From: Rhynchobatus australiae
Taxonomy: Eukaryota
Direction: 5' to 3'
Length of the DNA: 64,000 nt
Assembly: GCA_034780895.1 (NCBI GenBank)
Contig: JAUZTB010000002.1
Coordinates: forward strand, 37,233,530 to 37,297,529
In this document: positions 39,875-52,432 of the stretch, one piece after another
Layout of the letters: every line of letters starts with the position of its first letter
Position numbering within the stretch: the first letter of the stretch is position 1
The notes under the pieces: model-generated
Seen by the model: only the letters and a program-made list of their open reading frames with translations
Database searches by the model: none
What the model was told of the DNA's origin: nothing
Made by a program: the position numbers and the translations under genes

Positions 39875-40826
39875 TGGTTTGGCTGCACTTGGAGCATTGT
39901 GTGCCGTTTTGGTCATCATGCAAAAGGAAGGATGTGATTAAGCTAGAGAGGGTGCAGAAAAGATTCACAGTAATGTTGTCTGGATTGGAGAGCTTGTGTT
40001 ATAAGGAGAGATTGCATAGGCTGGTTTTGCTTTCTCTGCAGTGAAAGGGGCTGAGAGGTGATCTTGTAGAGGTTTATAGAATTGTGAGGGGCATAGCTAG
40101 GGTAGATTGTGTCTTTTTCCCAGGCCAGGAGAGTCGAAAACCAGAGGGCATAAGTGTAATACACAAAAAGTGCTGGAGGAACTCAGCAAGTCAGGCAGTA
40201 TCCATGGAGGGAAATAAACAGTCGACATTCCAGGCCAAGATCCTTTATCAGGACTGGAAAGGAAGAGGGCCAAAGCCCTCTCACCTGATCTCGCCTATCC
40301 CCTGATCTCATCTATCCACTGATCTCACCTATCCCCTGCCTGTGTGTACCCCTCCCCTTGTCCCCCANNNNNNNNNNNNNNNNNNNNNNNNNNNNNNNNN
40401 NNNNNNNNNNNNNNNNNNNNNNNNNNNNNNNNNNNNNNNNNNNNNNNGTCGCCTGTTTATTTCCCTCCATGGATGCTGCCTGACCTGCTGAGTTCCCCCA
40501 GCATTTTGTGTGTTGCTCCTGACTCCAGCATCTGCAGAATTTCTTCCATCTCAGGCATAGATGTAAGATGGGGAGGGGGAGAGTTAAAGGGTATCTGAGG
40601 TGCAAGATTATCACATAGAGAGTGGTGGGGACATGGAATGAGCTGCCAGAAGAGATGGTAGAGGCATGTACAAATACAATGTTTAAAAGATATTTGGACA
40701 GGAGTATGTGTAGGAAAACTTTAGTGGGATATGGGCCAAATCGGATTAGGTTAAATAGGCATTTTGGTTGCTATAGACAAATTGGGCCAAAGGGCCTGTT
40801 TCTGTGCTGTATAACTCTATGAATCT
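39875..40826 (+). mobile_element. CR1/HER1 LINE 3' end, interrupted by a fold-back insertion
   Basis: cacttggagcattgtgtgc..gctagagagggtgcagaaaagattcac..ggctgagaggtgatc; resumes at 40554 and ends gggccaaagggcctgtttctgtgctgtataactctatga. Confidence 0.9.
40160..40553. mobile_element. Penelope-like fold-back element nested in CR1
   Basis: Arm 40161-40256 is inverted relative to 40448-40512; minus-strand hammerhead-like motif at 40219-40256; internal 18-bp cctgatctcacctatcc-type repeats; flanking 13-bp imperfect duplication. Confidence 0.8.
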
Positions 40827-41838
40827 ATAAGAATATGGATTTAAGTTGGGAAATATCACTTGACACAAGTTAAATTATCTGGTGAGTGGCGGGGGGGGGG
40901 GGGGAAGGTAGGACCTATTTTACTGTTTAACTACAATTTTTCCCGGGTGAAATACATTTTTTTGTNNNNNNNNNNNNNNNNNNAGTGCTCCTGTGAGGCA
41001 CTTTGGAACACTTTTTAAAGTTGGAGGTGCTATATAAGAGCATGTAGTGGTTGCTGCTTTTTCATTGTATTTAATATAAGACCAAGTCGCTTCACCAAGC
41101 TCACTGTAGGTATTGGTGGTGGGGTGGTGGAAGAGGGGAAGGTTTGCCAAACATTCATTCAAGGAGGCTTTAGATTTTAAGAAAACAATTTGCTGCAAAA
41201 TGTTTCTGTACAGAGAAGTCCTTGCACAACAGTGCAGATCTAGTTGAGTGGCCATAAAGTGCCACTACAAGGATATACACAAAAATGCAATGATAGAAGA
41301 ATCATCCTGTTAAGGTTATATGGACCATCTATATAAAGGATCAGTGCCACACAGTACCTTAGAGTTAAATAGAGATTATTTCAGACTGCTAAGTGATTCA
41401 GTTTGAGAGTGCATGTTGTGTGTAACAATGCAGCTGCACAAATCACCCAGCATACAGCTACATTGCCAGTGCAGGTCTTCTTGGTAACTCTGTTAAGCAG
41501 ATGCTTACACATACTTAGTTACAGGTGTAAGGCTAGTCAGCATTAACATTTCCTTTTTTTTAATGTTTATGAAACTGACGTATATTTTAGGAAAATTGCA
41601 TAAAATCAAGACATTTCCTGCAGCATTGTAGCAGGAGTTTGACAGGAGCCTCTAAATCATGGTCAGGAGCTCTGTATAAGTACTTGCCGCATAGCCTGAG
41701 GGTCATTGGCAGCCCTTATCCTTTTTATCTGTGACTTGGTGGAAGTGCTATTCCATGGGTCCTTGAACTTACAATCATAGTCCTTGCAGCTCTGAGACAT
41801 TGCCCATTCTAGGGGTTCAAAATGGAAGAAGAAAAATC

Positions 41839-42023
41839 ACAGGGGTGCTGGTAGAGGCAGATACATTAGGGACATTTAAGAGACTCTTAAATAGGCACGT
41901 GGATGATAGTAAAATGGAGGGGTATGTGGGAGGGAAGAGTTAGGTAGATCTTAGAGTAGGCTAAAAGGTTGGTGTAACATTGTGGGCTGAAGGGCCTGTA
42001 CTGTGCTGTAATGTTCTATGTTC
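41839..42023 (+). mobile_element. HER1/CR1 3' end
   Basis: ggtagaggcagatacattagggacatttaagagactc...gggctgaagggcctgtactgtgctgtaatgttctatgttc. Confidence 0.9.
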
Positions 42024-43028
42024 TTCATTGGGTTCTCAAATAGACTGGGAGAATTGGCGGTCATTGAAATGCTCACTACATTATAACTAAAATGGGCCAT
42101 CATACAGGATAGCACAGAGTGAAAGGGCGAGGGTAGTGCAGCGACATATAAGGCAGGCTCTTAGTGTGAGCACTGCCATGCTTCATAGAATAAAACAAAT
42201 TGTGACTGATTAAAGCAGGACTGCCTTTTTTGATTGAAGGCTATGAACAGCTAATGTGATGTTATCACTGCAGAATGATATTGTCACATGGTGAACAGGC
42301 AGTTGCAAGGACAAGAGAATAATTCTCCAGCTCTGAAACAGAATTACAGACTCTGCATATTATAAATAGAGGATACAGATTCAGATATGTTTATCCAACG
42401 GGGAACCTGACTGAATAATGCATGTAAGCTGAGACAATATCATGTTGAGACCAAATGCTGGATAAAAAATCAGTTCAATAGATTTCAATTATGTCATACA
42501 CTTTTACATTTAAATATATATTTTTTGCACATTGAATAGATCAGAATATAAGGAAAAAGGGACAGGCATAGTATCCAGTAAGATAAACCAGAAGTCTTTC
42601 ATCGAGGGGGAGAAGGAGGGCAATGGAAAATTGAGGGCTCAGATTTGATAATGGCCAATCCATAATGGGTACTTTATTGCTGGAACCATACCCCTGATTT
42701 CCCAAGCTTTCCTCTCTGCAGAGGGCACTATACCACATCATCACTACTAGGAGGACTATGGCCATGAGGATTTCCTTTAGTACTTTTTAAAATATTCCCC
42801 CCTATCTGGAAGATCTTGCTGTTTGGTTTCTTTGACCACAAGTGCCTCAGTGTAGCCCTTTTGGTGTGACTACTGGCAGAACAGCTGGCAAGTTTCATCT
42901 TGTTTTCATTCACACAAATGCACTTTTTGTGTTAACAGCAACTACAACAAATTCAACACAACCAGAACATAATAAAAACAATTCAAGGCACTGCACGGGG
43001 TATTACTGAAAAAACAAAACAATAAAAA

Positions 43029-43320
43029 CTTCTATTTAAGTGTAACTTCAATGCAACAAAAACAACCTAAGATGTGCCACAGGAGTGTTATCACCTAAAA
43101 TCATGCTGAACCCACTATGGAGATGAAGTGACAAGTGAACTGGCCACATCAAAAGTTTTTTGAGTGAATTATAGGATAAAAAAAGAGGCAGAGAAATAAA
43201 GAGGTTTAGGAAGCAGATTCCAGTGATTAGAACCTTGGAAGCTGAAGATATAGCTGTCAATGATAAGTAATTAATTTCAGGGATGGATAATGGTTCAGAG
43301 TTGGAGAACTATGTCACAGG
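43029..43320 (-). mobile_element. Old L2-type LINE 3' end
   Basis: cttctatttaagtg..acctaagatgtgccacagg..gaggtttaggaagcagattccag..agctgaag. Confidence 0.5.
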
Positions 43321-44023
43321 TCCAGGGCTAGAGGAAACTAGATAGGGCAAGACTATGGAGGTGCCAGAGTTGGTGAGCAAACACAAGGGCAATGAATGAT
43401 TGGAACCTGTGCTGACAAAATCTAGACTCGGATGTTGAGGCCACTGGTAGGATGTGCACTCTCTTCAAGCTCAGGGTGAAATTTCAGAGGGGTACTTTGA
43501 TCATCAACTTTGGCCAGAGAGCAGAATGCTGTCTCTCTGTGGTTTGTTCACCACTATTGTTGTGTTGCAGTGAATAAATGAAGGATCCTATGGATGCTCA
43601 CCAAAGAGTGATAGCAGGATTAGCGAGCAAATTCAAAAGTCTTCTGGTGAAGGCAAGTCCACAGTTCCATGATTCAAAGCTAATGGCACCCCATTAGCAA
43701 AGGGACTGAAAACAAACACTGATGATTTAGATGGAGGTACCACTTTGACGTAAAAGGGGTGAGGTACATTTTTGAGGTCAGTTAAAGTTGTGGAGGTATT
43801 CAGATTTTTACTCTCATCTGTACAGTGTTATATCTGACCCTGGTATACAAAGCCATATTATGGAATAGCATGTAAATGCATTTGAGGGAATTGGTGATGG
43901 ATGAAATCCTGCTATTCATTTGGTAGGCTCCTGGTTTTGGAAGGCAAGTCAGGAAAAAAAATGCTGCTCAGAGTTATTTATACCCCACCAGTCAGCAAAT
44001 TAGTACATATGCTTTTTATATGC

Positions 44024-45216
44024 CATAGAGTTACACGGCACAGGAACAGGCTCTTTGGTACAGTTTGTCCATGCCGACCAAGTTGCCTACCTAAGCTTAT
44101 TCCATTTGCCTGCATTTGGCCCACATCCTTCTAAACCCTTCCTCTCCACATACCTGTATAAATGTCATTCTGCTCTCTGGCCTCACTCCTTAAACCTATG
44201 CCCTCCAGGTTTAGTGGCCCCTACCCTGGCGAAAAAGACTGACTATTCACCTTATCTATGCTCTTCATGATTTTATATACTTCTGTAAGGTCACCCCTCA
44301 GCCTCCTATAAATAAAACCCCAGCCTATTCAGTCTCTCCATATAATTCAAGCCCTTCAGTCCTGTTAACATCTTTGTGATTTTTTTGTTCTGTACCCTTC
44401 CTAGCTTAAGGACACCCTTCTATAGCCAGGAGAGCAGAACAATACACGATACTCCAAATGCAGTCTCGCCGAAGTTTTGTACAGCTGTAACGTGACATCC
44501 CAACTCTTGTATTCAGTGCCCTGACCAATGAAGGCAAGCATACTAAATGCCTTCTTCAACCTGACTACGTGTTGCTTCCAGGGAACTATGTACTTGTACA
44601 TAGACTCAAGGACAGCTTCTGTCCTGCTGTTATAAGACTCTTGAATGGTTCACTGGTACAATAAGGCGGACTCGTGACCTCACAGTCTACCTTGTTATGG
44701 CCTTGCATTTTATTGTCTGCCCGCACTACACTTGCTTTATAACTGTAACACTTTATTTTGCATTCTGTTATTGTTTTCCCTTGTGCTACCTCAATGCACT
44801 GTTGTAATGTATGGATGGCATGCAACACAAGGTTTTACAGTGTACATCGGTACATGTGACAATAATAAATTCCAATTGTATCCCTAGGTCTCTCTGTTCT
44901 ATAACACTCTCCAGGGCCCTACTGCTTCCTGTGTAAGTCCTGCCCTGGTCATAAATGCAACACGTTGCATTTGTCCAAATTAAATTCCATCTGCCATTCC
45001 TTTCTCAGTTGATCTAGATCCTGTCGCAATCTTAGATGATCTTCTTCACTGTCCTCTATACCACCAATTTTGGTGTCATCTGCAATGTTGCCAACTATAT
45101 TCTCATCTATGTTGTTAATATATATGACAAACAACAGTTGACCCAGCACTGATCCCTGTGGCACACCGCTGGTCACAGGCCTCCAATCTGAAAAACAAGC
45201 CTCCACTATTACCATC
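44024..45216 (-). mobile_element. CR1/HER1 LINE, RT to 3' end
   Basis: ORF 44949-45215 reads SDWRPVTSGVPQGSVLG.LLFVIYIN..ADDTKIGG..WQMEFN; ORF 44401-44601 reads KKAFSMLAFIGQGTEYKSWDV.LQLYKT; tail at 44024. Confidence 0.92.
44599..44875 (+). mobile_element. Rex1-type LINE 3' end nested in CR1
   Basis: agactcaaggacagcttc..ataagactcttgaat (RLKDSF.P..IRLLN) plus a UTR ending gtacatgtgacaataataaa; TTGTA is duplicated at 44594-44598 and 44876-44880. Confidence 0.8.
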
Positions 45217-46020
45217 TGATATGATTAAATATCTCATGGAAGCTAAATAGATTTACTCACAAGGGGACAAGCAGTTTTGATTCTAATGGCAATGTGGAGA
45301 CACTGATATTATAATTGGTTAATTTGTCCTCAACTTCATTTGGAACCACTCTGAATATTGAACATTGTTGACTAATATTTCAAATACTGATGTAATTCAC
45401 CTTAATGTAAAGACATTGACTCTTTTAGAAGAAAGTAATGAGAAATTGCCACTGCCCAATCAGTTTATCCTATGTCCTTTGTACTTGTGCCAAATCCTGC
45501 AACTTTGCACCTTTTCTCTAACTTTATGCCAAACTCATGCCTAATAATATGAAAATGATGAAACTGCTGTCTATTTTGAAAGGATCACATCATCACTATC
45601 ACACAGTAATGTTATGAAAATTATAGCTCTTTCCACCATCCACTTCGTCTGTCAGGTATTCAAAGAGGGAATCAGCCTTGAGGATATTGTGAAGTTAATT
45701 TTTCATCAGTCTGTGTTGCCAGTGTGCCCAAACACTCAATGGATGGGTGATCTGAATATTGTAATCAGCCTAGAGAAAGTTACAACCATAATTTAACAAT
45801 AAGCTTTTTATTATACAGAAGCCACCAGTAGTGGCGCAGAGTTTAATTTTCACTTTTCAGTCCCTTGAGATGCCTTAACCTCCATGTTTATTGTATACTC
45901 TAAGATAGTGTCATAAAGTCACAGAGTGAAGATAACAAAAACATGCTGAAGAAAAAAATCATTGAATTTCTATCATTTTGTCTGTGCATTTTGTAGTTAA
46001 AATTTTGGGAAATTTGAAAT

Positions 46021-46408
46021 CAGTGGGCATCAAAGGGAAAAACAATCCAGTAGTCAGAGTCGTACCTCCACAAAGGAAGATGGTTGTGGTTGTTAGAGGT
46101 CAACCATTACAGCCTTGAGATTTAATTGCAGAAGTTCAAGGCCCATAAAAGCTTCATCAGTGACTTTCCTCTCATCATAAGGTCAAAAGTGGGGATGTTC
46201 ACTCATAATTGCATAATGTTAATAGAGTCCTGAAGAAGGGTCCTGACCTGAAACATTGACTGCCTGCTTTTCTTCACGGACGCTTCCTGGCTTGCTGAGT
46301 TCCTCCAGCATCGTGGTGTTTTTCTTAACATTCACTTCCATTTGCAACTGTTCAACAAATGATACTGCCCTTGCCTGAGTGTAGCAAGACCTAGACAACA
46401 TTCAGACA
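46021..46408 (+). mobile_element. Old CR1-clade LINE RT fragment (same family as 25697-26950)
   Basis: aaaggaagatggttgtggttgtt..ataaggtcaaaagtggggatgttc..agcaagacctagacaacattcag; interrupted at 46221-46325. Confidence 0.75.
46226..46262 (+). ncRNA. Minimal type I hammerhead-ribozyme motif in a Penelope-like fragment (46221-46325)
   Basis: AGTC-CTGAAGA-A-GGGTC-CT-GACCT-GAAA-CATT-GACT: stem I AGUC/GACU, intact CUGANGA and GAAA boxes, stem II; the helix III palindrome ACGU has decayed to ACAU. Confidence 0.6.
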
Positions 46409-46682
46409 CATGACTGAAAGTTGTTCAAACAAACAATTTAATCACTGAAAACCTTGCCATTTTGCCTCCTGCTGAAAGTATTCTGACTGATTTAGTACCC
46501 AAATTTAATTGCTGAAATATTTCACCAGAAAGATATTATGTTAGGGTAATGTAAAATGAAATCTGAAGCAAACCGTCTCTTAAATCACAGTGAGTCTGTG
46601 CCATTTGCAAGGGAGCTGGAGTAACAATATGGGCTGGCAGGTTGCAAAGAGATGTAAAAATCCTAAGCAACCATTATTTTGT

Positions 46683-46900
46683 ACATAAGATTAGATTGGA
46701 GCCAGCAACATACATTGTTTCCTGACTCCTTAATCGGGTAACTCATCTCTTTAGTGCCAGTTCCTCATAGCCCTCAATTCCCTGATCTTTCATAAATTTA
46801 TCTACTTCCTCTTTAAGTACTCCAGAGGATGTAGCCTCCACAATCCTTCAGGGTAAACAATTTCAGAGATTATGCAGTTTTGTTGAGGAGAGAAAAGATC
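46683..46900 (-). mobile_element. CR1 LINE 3' fragment
   Basis: acataaga..ctcatagccctcaattccctgatctttcataaatttatctacttcctctttaagtac..gcctccacaatc. Confidence 0.75.
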
Positions 46901-48504
46901 GGNNNNNNNNNNNNNNNNNNNNNNNNNNNNNNNNNNNNNNNNNNNNNNNNNNNNNNNNNNNNNNNNNNNNNNNNNNNNNNNNNNNNNNNNNNNNNNNNNN
47001 NNTCTCTGAGGCAAGATTCCTTCCAGTTGCTGCTGGTGTTTGGTCCTGAGGAAGTATCCTGACTCTAGTCCTGTACCAGTGTGCTACATTTGGGTTCTCT
47101 GTGAGCTTGCTCTTTGCTCAACATTGTGACACTCCTAGTGAGTCATAAAACCCATCCAAAACAATATCATGGATAAAGATGCAATGTCAAAACTTTAAGA
47201 TTGAGGATTCACTCCATAGAGAGAAGGAATCAAAAAAGACATCCAGAATTCCAACCAATCTTACGTGCTGTTTAGTATAAATAATTTATGACAATTATAT
47301 TTGTTACGTTGTCAGCTTCACACAAATACAGACATGCAGATGGTGCAATTATAGAGCTGCATATTATAATGAATGTAATGCATTGATTTTGACATCTGTG
47401 TTTGATGAAAGGAACTATAATTTTTTGCAATATATTGGCACAAAAAAAGCAACACTGTATGCTACTAAATTATTCTTAATATATAATGACCATTTTAAAG
47501 CATGTTTGAATTATTCATGGCATTGCAGCGCTGTTTTTGGACTGCTTATATATATTCAAATATTTTAGACAATGCAAAGATTTTCATATTCTTTGCCAGA
47601 GTTGTAAATCCACATTTACCACAATGATCTACTTTGCTGACTGCCATATGAGGAAGGCTCAGCATCAGCAATTTTCAATATTTCACATGAAGACTTTGAG
47701 AAGCACATGCTTTTTGGGAAAACTCATGCAAATTCTGCAGTGTCAGCAACCTACTTGTTGAAGCCACTTGACTAATGTGACAAAAGTTAACAAGTGCTGC
47801 TATAAAGGCTTCAGTTACAAAGGAATTCAAGGCAATGATGATCTTGACAGGTTCCTACCTTGCTGTATTTGATGGAATTCGCTGTGGGTATTCAGCTATT
47901 AGTTGATGCCTAGATTCCATGGAAGTACATCAACCTTCTGAGACGATGATGATGTCAAAAGTTAAACTCAGAACGCCTTGGACTGTATTTGATGAGTGAT
48001 TATGTTATAAGCGCAGACACTTTTTCTGTTATATCTCAGTCCAATATCAATCTTGCTGTACATTCATTGTGCTCCCCTTCATAACAGTAAAGCACCAGGA
48101 CTTCCATTTGGAAAATCTCTTTCTAATCCAAAGTGATACTCTTAGCACAGAAGAGAAAACTAACTGAATGAGTCCTGAATAAATCTATTTAATACAAAAC
48201 AGATCATTATGTGATAAGTCCAACACCAACCTTCTGCGGCTGCACACCAAATGCCCCCTCAACATGACATCTGTCTTATATGTAGTGGTGATAATAATTT
48301 GGGTTAGTCTTGGGCACACATTGGAGAGTTCTTCAGAAAGACTTACTTTCAAATGTTATTTTATATAGGAGATTGGGCTCAAGCAGATCTTAACATTGGA
48401 CTGATGGTTTCTTTGGCAGATGATTTGAGTGTAGCTAACTCATAGAGGATTAGTCTATCCACAGCCCCTTGGAGTGTATTAACTATGAGAAGAATCAGTG
48501 ATGG

Positions 48505-48982
48505 AAACAGAAAAATAAGAGTAGGAGTAGGCCATTTGACCCTTTGAGCCTTCCTCACCATACAATACAGTCATAGTTAATCTTCTGTTTCAGCGATATA
48601 TTCCCACTCTCTCCTCATATCTCTCAAAGCCTTTTGTGTCTGGGAATTTATCTATCCACTTCTTAAAAACAGTCAATGGCCTGGCCTCTAGTACCCTTGT
48701 GATAGCAAATTCCACAGGATCACTCTCCCCTGTATGAAGAAATTTCTCATCTCATTTCTAAATCTCTTACCCCATGATCTGAGACTATGAAACTCCATTG
48801 TAAACGCCCTAGCCAAAGGCAAAAATCCTTCCTGCATCTAATCAATCTAGCCTTGTCAGAATATTTTAGCTTTAATTAAGATCCCCTCTCTTTCTTTGAA
48901 ATCCTAGTGAAAATAATCTCAACCGAGATTAGTCAACCTAATCTCTCTTCATACAGCATGCTATCCCAGGAATCAGTCTGGT
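48505..48982 (-). mobile_element. CR1 LINE 3' fragment
   Basis: aggagtaggccatttgaccctttgagcc..aaattccacaggatcact..gaagaaatttctc..atcccaggaatcagtctggt. Confidence 0.85.
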
Positions 48983-50489
48983 AGTATTATAATTATAAAT
49001 ATAACATAACTTCAATTCATTTTCACATGTCATTATTTAATCTTTTGACTCTATGTTCTGGCCCGCCCTTCATTCTAAAGAGTGCTAATAAATTCTCCTC
49101 CAAAATCCATCCCTCTCTAAAAGCAAATAATTCTTATCCCTTTCAATTATAATCATATGTTGTCTTCCTCCAGTATTACATTCCTTACAGTTTCCTCAGT
49201 CTGAACCTCAATCTCCTCAAGTCCTGAACAGGATATATTTACAAATAACCTGACTGAGAAAATGTGAGTTTTAGCAGCATATTTTTATTCATTCACGATT
49301 AGCAACAATTCTTAAATATCTAAGACGTACTGTATGCCAGAAGAGAACAGGTAATGCTTCTCTGTTAAGTTAAGAGGCTTTTACAAAGGCCACTAAGTGG
49401 AATTTTAGTTTTATGAGTGAAGTTTATCAAATGTAACTTCTGTGTTCTAGATGGGACACATTGTGAAAGTTGTAAAAAGAATGAATACTTCACTTTCAAG
49501 TTAACAGAACATCATTGTCAAATTTGCCTGCATAAAGCTGCACTGAAACTGATGTAGTTGGCTTCAGTGCAGTGGTCCCTGTTGATGCATTGCAGATTCT
49601 CACAGTTGGCAACATGTTACATGGAAAATATGATCTTTGCAGCCAGTTCTTATGGGGATAAAGCACAAAACAGGGTGCAGTCTCCTTGCTGCACATGAGT
49701 GGTTCTGTGGAGATAATAACAATGTTGCAAGATGGTTAGGAGAGTGATCTCAAAAAGTCAGTAGAACCTGGACAAGCTGGTGAAGAAGAGTGTTTGTAAG
49801 AGCCATGTTCTATGTGAGTCACAGGGACCCTCATTGACTACAGCCAGGTGTTTCTTGGTAGGAGGTTGCCAGGGATGTTTGCATAAGATATTTGTATTAT
49901 CATTATAATAATTTGTACAGAAGAGGTCATTTGGCCCATTGGGCCAATGCCAGCTCACATTTTGTGTTTTTTTTAACTAAAAGTTTTGGGCAAGATGTGG
50001 TTAATAGAAGCTGGTTATTCTGTAAGTAATTGTTTGTTATATAAATGTTGATGCAATTTGGGACAGTTTTATTCTGGAGAAAAGGGTGTAATGGAGAATG
50101 AAAATCTTATGAGAGGAATTTTCTGATGGGAGCTGAACCACCCAGAAACTGCTCTGCTTCAGGATAAACCGGGTTTTATAACAGTAGATGTGTATTTTTT
50201 CGGAGTTGAGTTCTATCCTGTTGTGTTTAATATATAATGGATAACACATTTCTATATTTTAGTGTAATGCTACTCCAATAGCACTTCCTGTTCTGTTTGA
50301 TCAAAGCAATTATTACTGGCATAAGCTTTGATTATTTTAGTATTTGCATCAAGATGGTTACATTGTTCTCCCATTACTAAGAGATTACATATATTTTACC
50401 TTCCACTGTCGTCATTGTTTACTTATATCTTTGTAGTAGTTACAACAATATCTTCAAAATAGATGGTTTTAAGATGGGTGATGATGTGG

Positions 50490-50925
50490 CATAAGAATGT
50501 ATGAAGTAGAAGCAGGAATTGGCCACATGCCTTCTATCCCATTCAAAAAGATCTCAGTTGTTCTTCTTTATTGCAGCACCTGTACTAACTGTATATCTCT
50601 TGATTCCTTTAATATCTCAAAAATCTATCAGTATCTGCCTTAAATAAATTAAACACCTGAGCCTCCACAGCATTCTTAGGTGGAGAATTCCAAAGATTCA
50701 CTACCCTCAGGTTGAAGAAACTTCTTCTCACCTCTATTATGATTGACTGATCCCTTTCTTTGAGGCTGTGTTCCCTGGTTCTAGACGCCCCAGCCAGGGA
50801 AAACATCAGCTCTGCATCCATCTTGCCCAGCTCTAACAATTCTGTATATTTCAATGAAATTGCATTTCATTCTTGCAACTTGAGTGCATAGACCCAGGCT
50901 GCTTAATCTTTTCTTATGTGACAAA
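50490..50925 (-). mobile_element. CR1 LINE 3' fragment
   Basis: ORF 50609-50854 reads MFSLAGASRTREHSLK...RRSFFNLRVVNLWNS.P..AVEA..FKA. Confidence 0.88.
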
Positions 50926-52336
50926 TCTTTCCTTGTGTGACTACCAGTCTATAGGCTACTTGCCTTCTTTATGCTGTAATCAACACCATCCCCATGTAGA
51001 TGAGCAGAATCCTACTCACCAGCTGGAGCCCCACTGTTCCCCTATCTCTGTCATGCAGCATTCTGCTGTCAGTCACAAGTCTGAGAACTCTCAGCCATTG
51101 GCAATCGACTTTCAGCTCAAGGATTTTGAAAATCAATGTTGAGTAATGAAGGGATAATTGATAGTCAAAATACATTGCTAATCTATGTCAGATACAAAAG
51201 AGTAAACTTGATTCATTTGGGGAAAACCTGAAAAATGAAGCTGTAAAATTATTCCTTGAGAAGGATCTGAACGGCACCAAAGGACTCAATTGTTGAAAAT
51301 GTCTTAAGTTTCTCTGTTTATAACTATTTTGAATTAAATGTTTCCAATAATGTTTCATTAAGAGTTTTGAAGAAATGTGCCTTTGCAGCATGAATAAAAT
51401 TCTCTCTATTGCCACCTTGTACCACTGCCATCCTGTGGCTGTCTCCCTTCGCGACTGTGAGTGGTTACAATTTGAAATCCACTGACTGAAAGGGTAGTAA
51501 AAGCAGATGCTATGGTAACCTTCAAAACTGAATGGAATAAGTACTTGAAAATGAGAACATTGCCAGCTATGGGAAAAGACCAGAGGAATATGACTAATTT
51601 TTCCTGAGGTGGCATAGCCACAAGGGCTTTCTTCTGTGGGGTGTGGGTGTATAAGCACATCTTTTTGGTATCTTCATCTCAATTGAATAGTTCTTTTGTA
51701 TCTTTCAGATTTATCCCAGAGCACTAAGTAGTTTAAAATGCAGCTTGGTTTTACTCTCTCAGTTATTCAGAGGCTTCATTGCCAATTTGTCTTGGTTCCC
51801 ACTAAAAGCAATTAATACAAAAGCATTGGATAGGCAGCAGCTTTATTACACTCATGCACCTGTGGTTTCAATGGAAGCTGGGTGTTACATAAATAAGCCA
51901 TTGCAATAGGCAGCTAATGCTGAGCAAATCAACACTGCAGTTGTTTGGTTAGGGGCGTGATGCTTAAAATTGCACAACTGCTATTAGTGACACTTAGAAG
52001 TATTTCTTTGATTCAGAAGAACCCTAACTTTCAGCAGTCTGTTAACTGAACTTGGAATGCTTTTTTTTGTGGGATATATCATTTCCAGAGAGTAAAAGAT
52101 TGCTGCCTTTTTTCCATCTAAGTGTTGCTCTTGACATCATTCATGGGCATGGTTTGCTGAGTTTGTTCACCATTTTTGGTGGAGTGTTTTTGCCACTTGA
52201 CTTGTGCTTTGCATCAGATTGGTCCCAGGTTTCACCCGTATTCTGTGCTGAACTTGCTGTTGTTAGGAGGAGCAGTGGTGTGGACTAGTTTCAGCATTTT
52301 GAGCAGAGACTGATAGTGTAATGAGAAAATACCCCC

Positions 52337-52432
52337 TCCAGATCGAGGGTCTTGACCCAAATCGTCAACTCTCCAGCTACCTCCACAGATGTTGAGTTTC
52401 TGCAGCATGTTTCCAGAAAATCTTTGTTGCCC
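52337..52432 (+). mobile_element. Penelope-like fragment with degenerate hammerhead motif
   Basis: cagatcga-GGGTC-TT-GACCC-aaat-CGTC-aact..cctccacagatg. Confidence 0.6.

Noticed and set aside
1847-50925. Antisense orientation bias of CR1 copies
   Set aside because: About nine minus versus six plus copies is too few to distinguish from chance.
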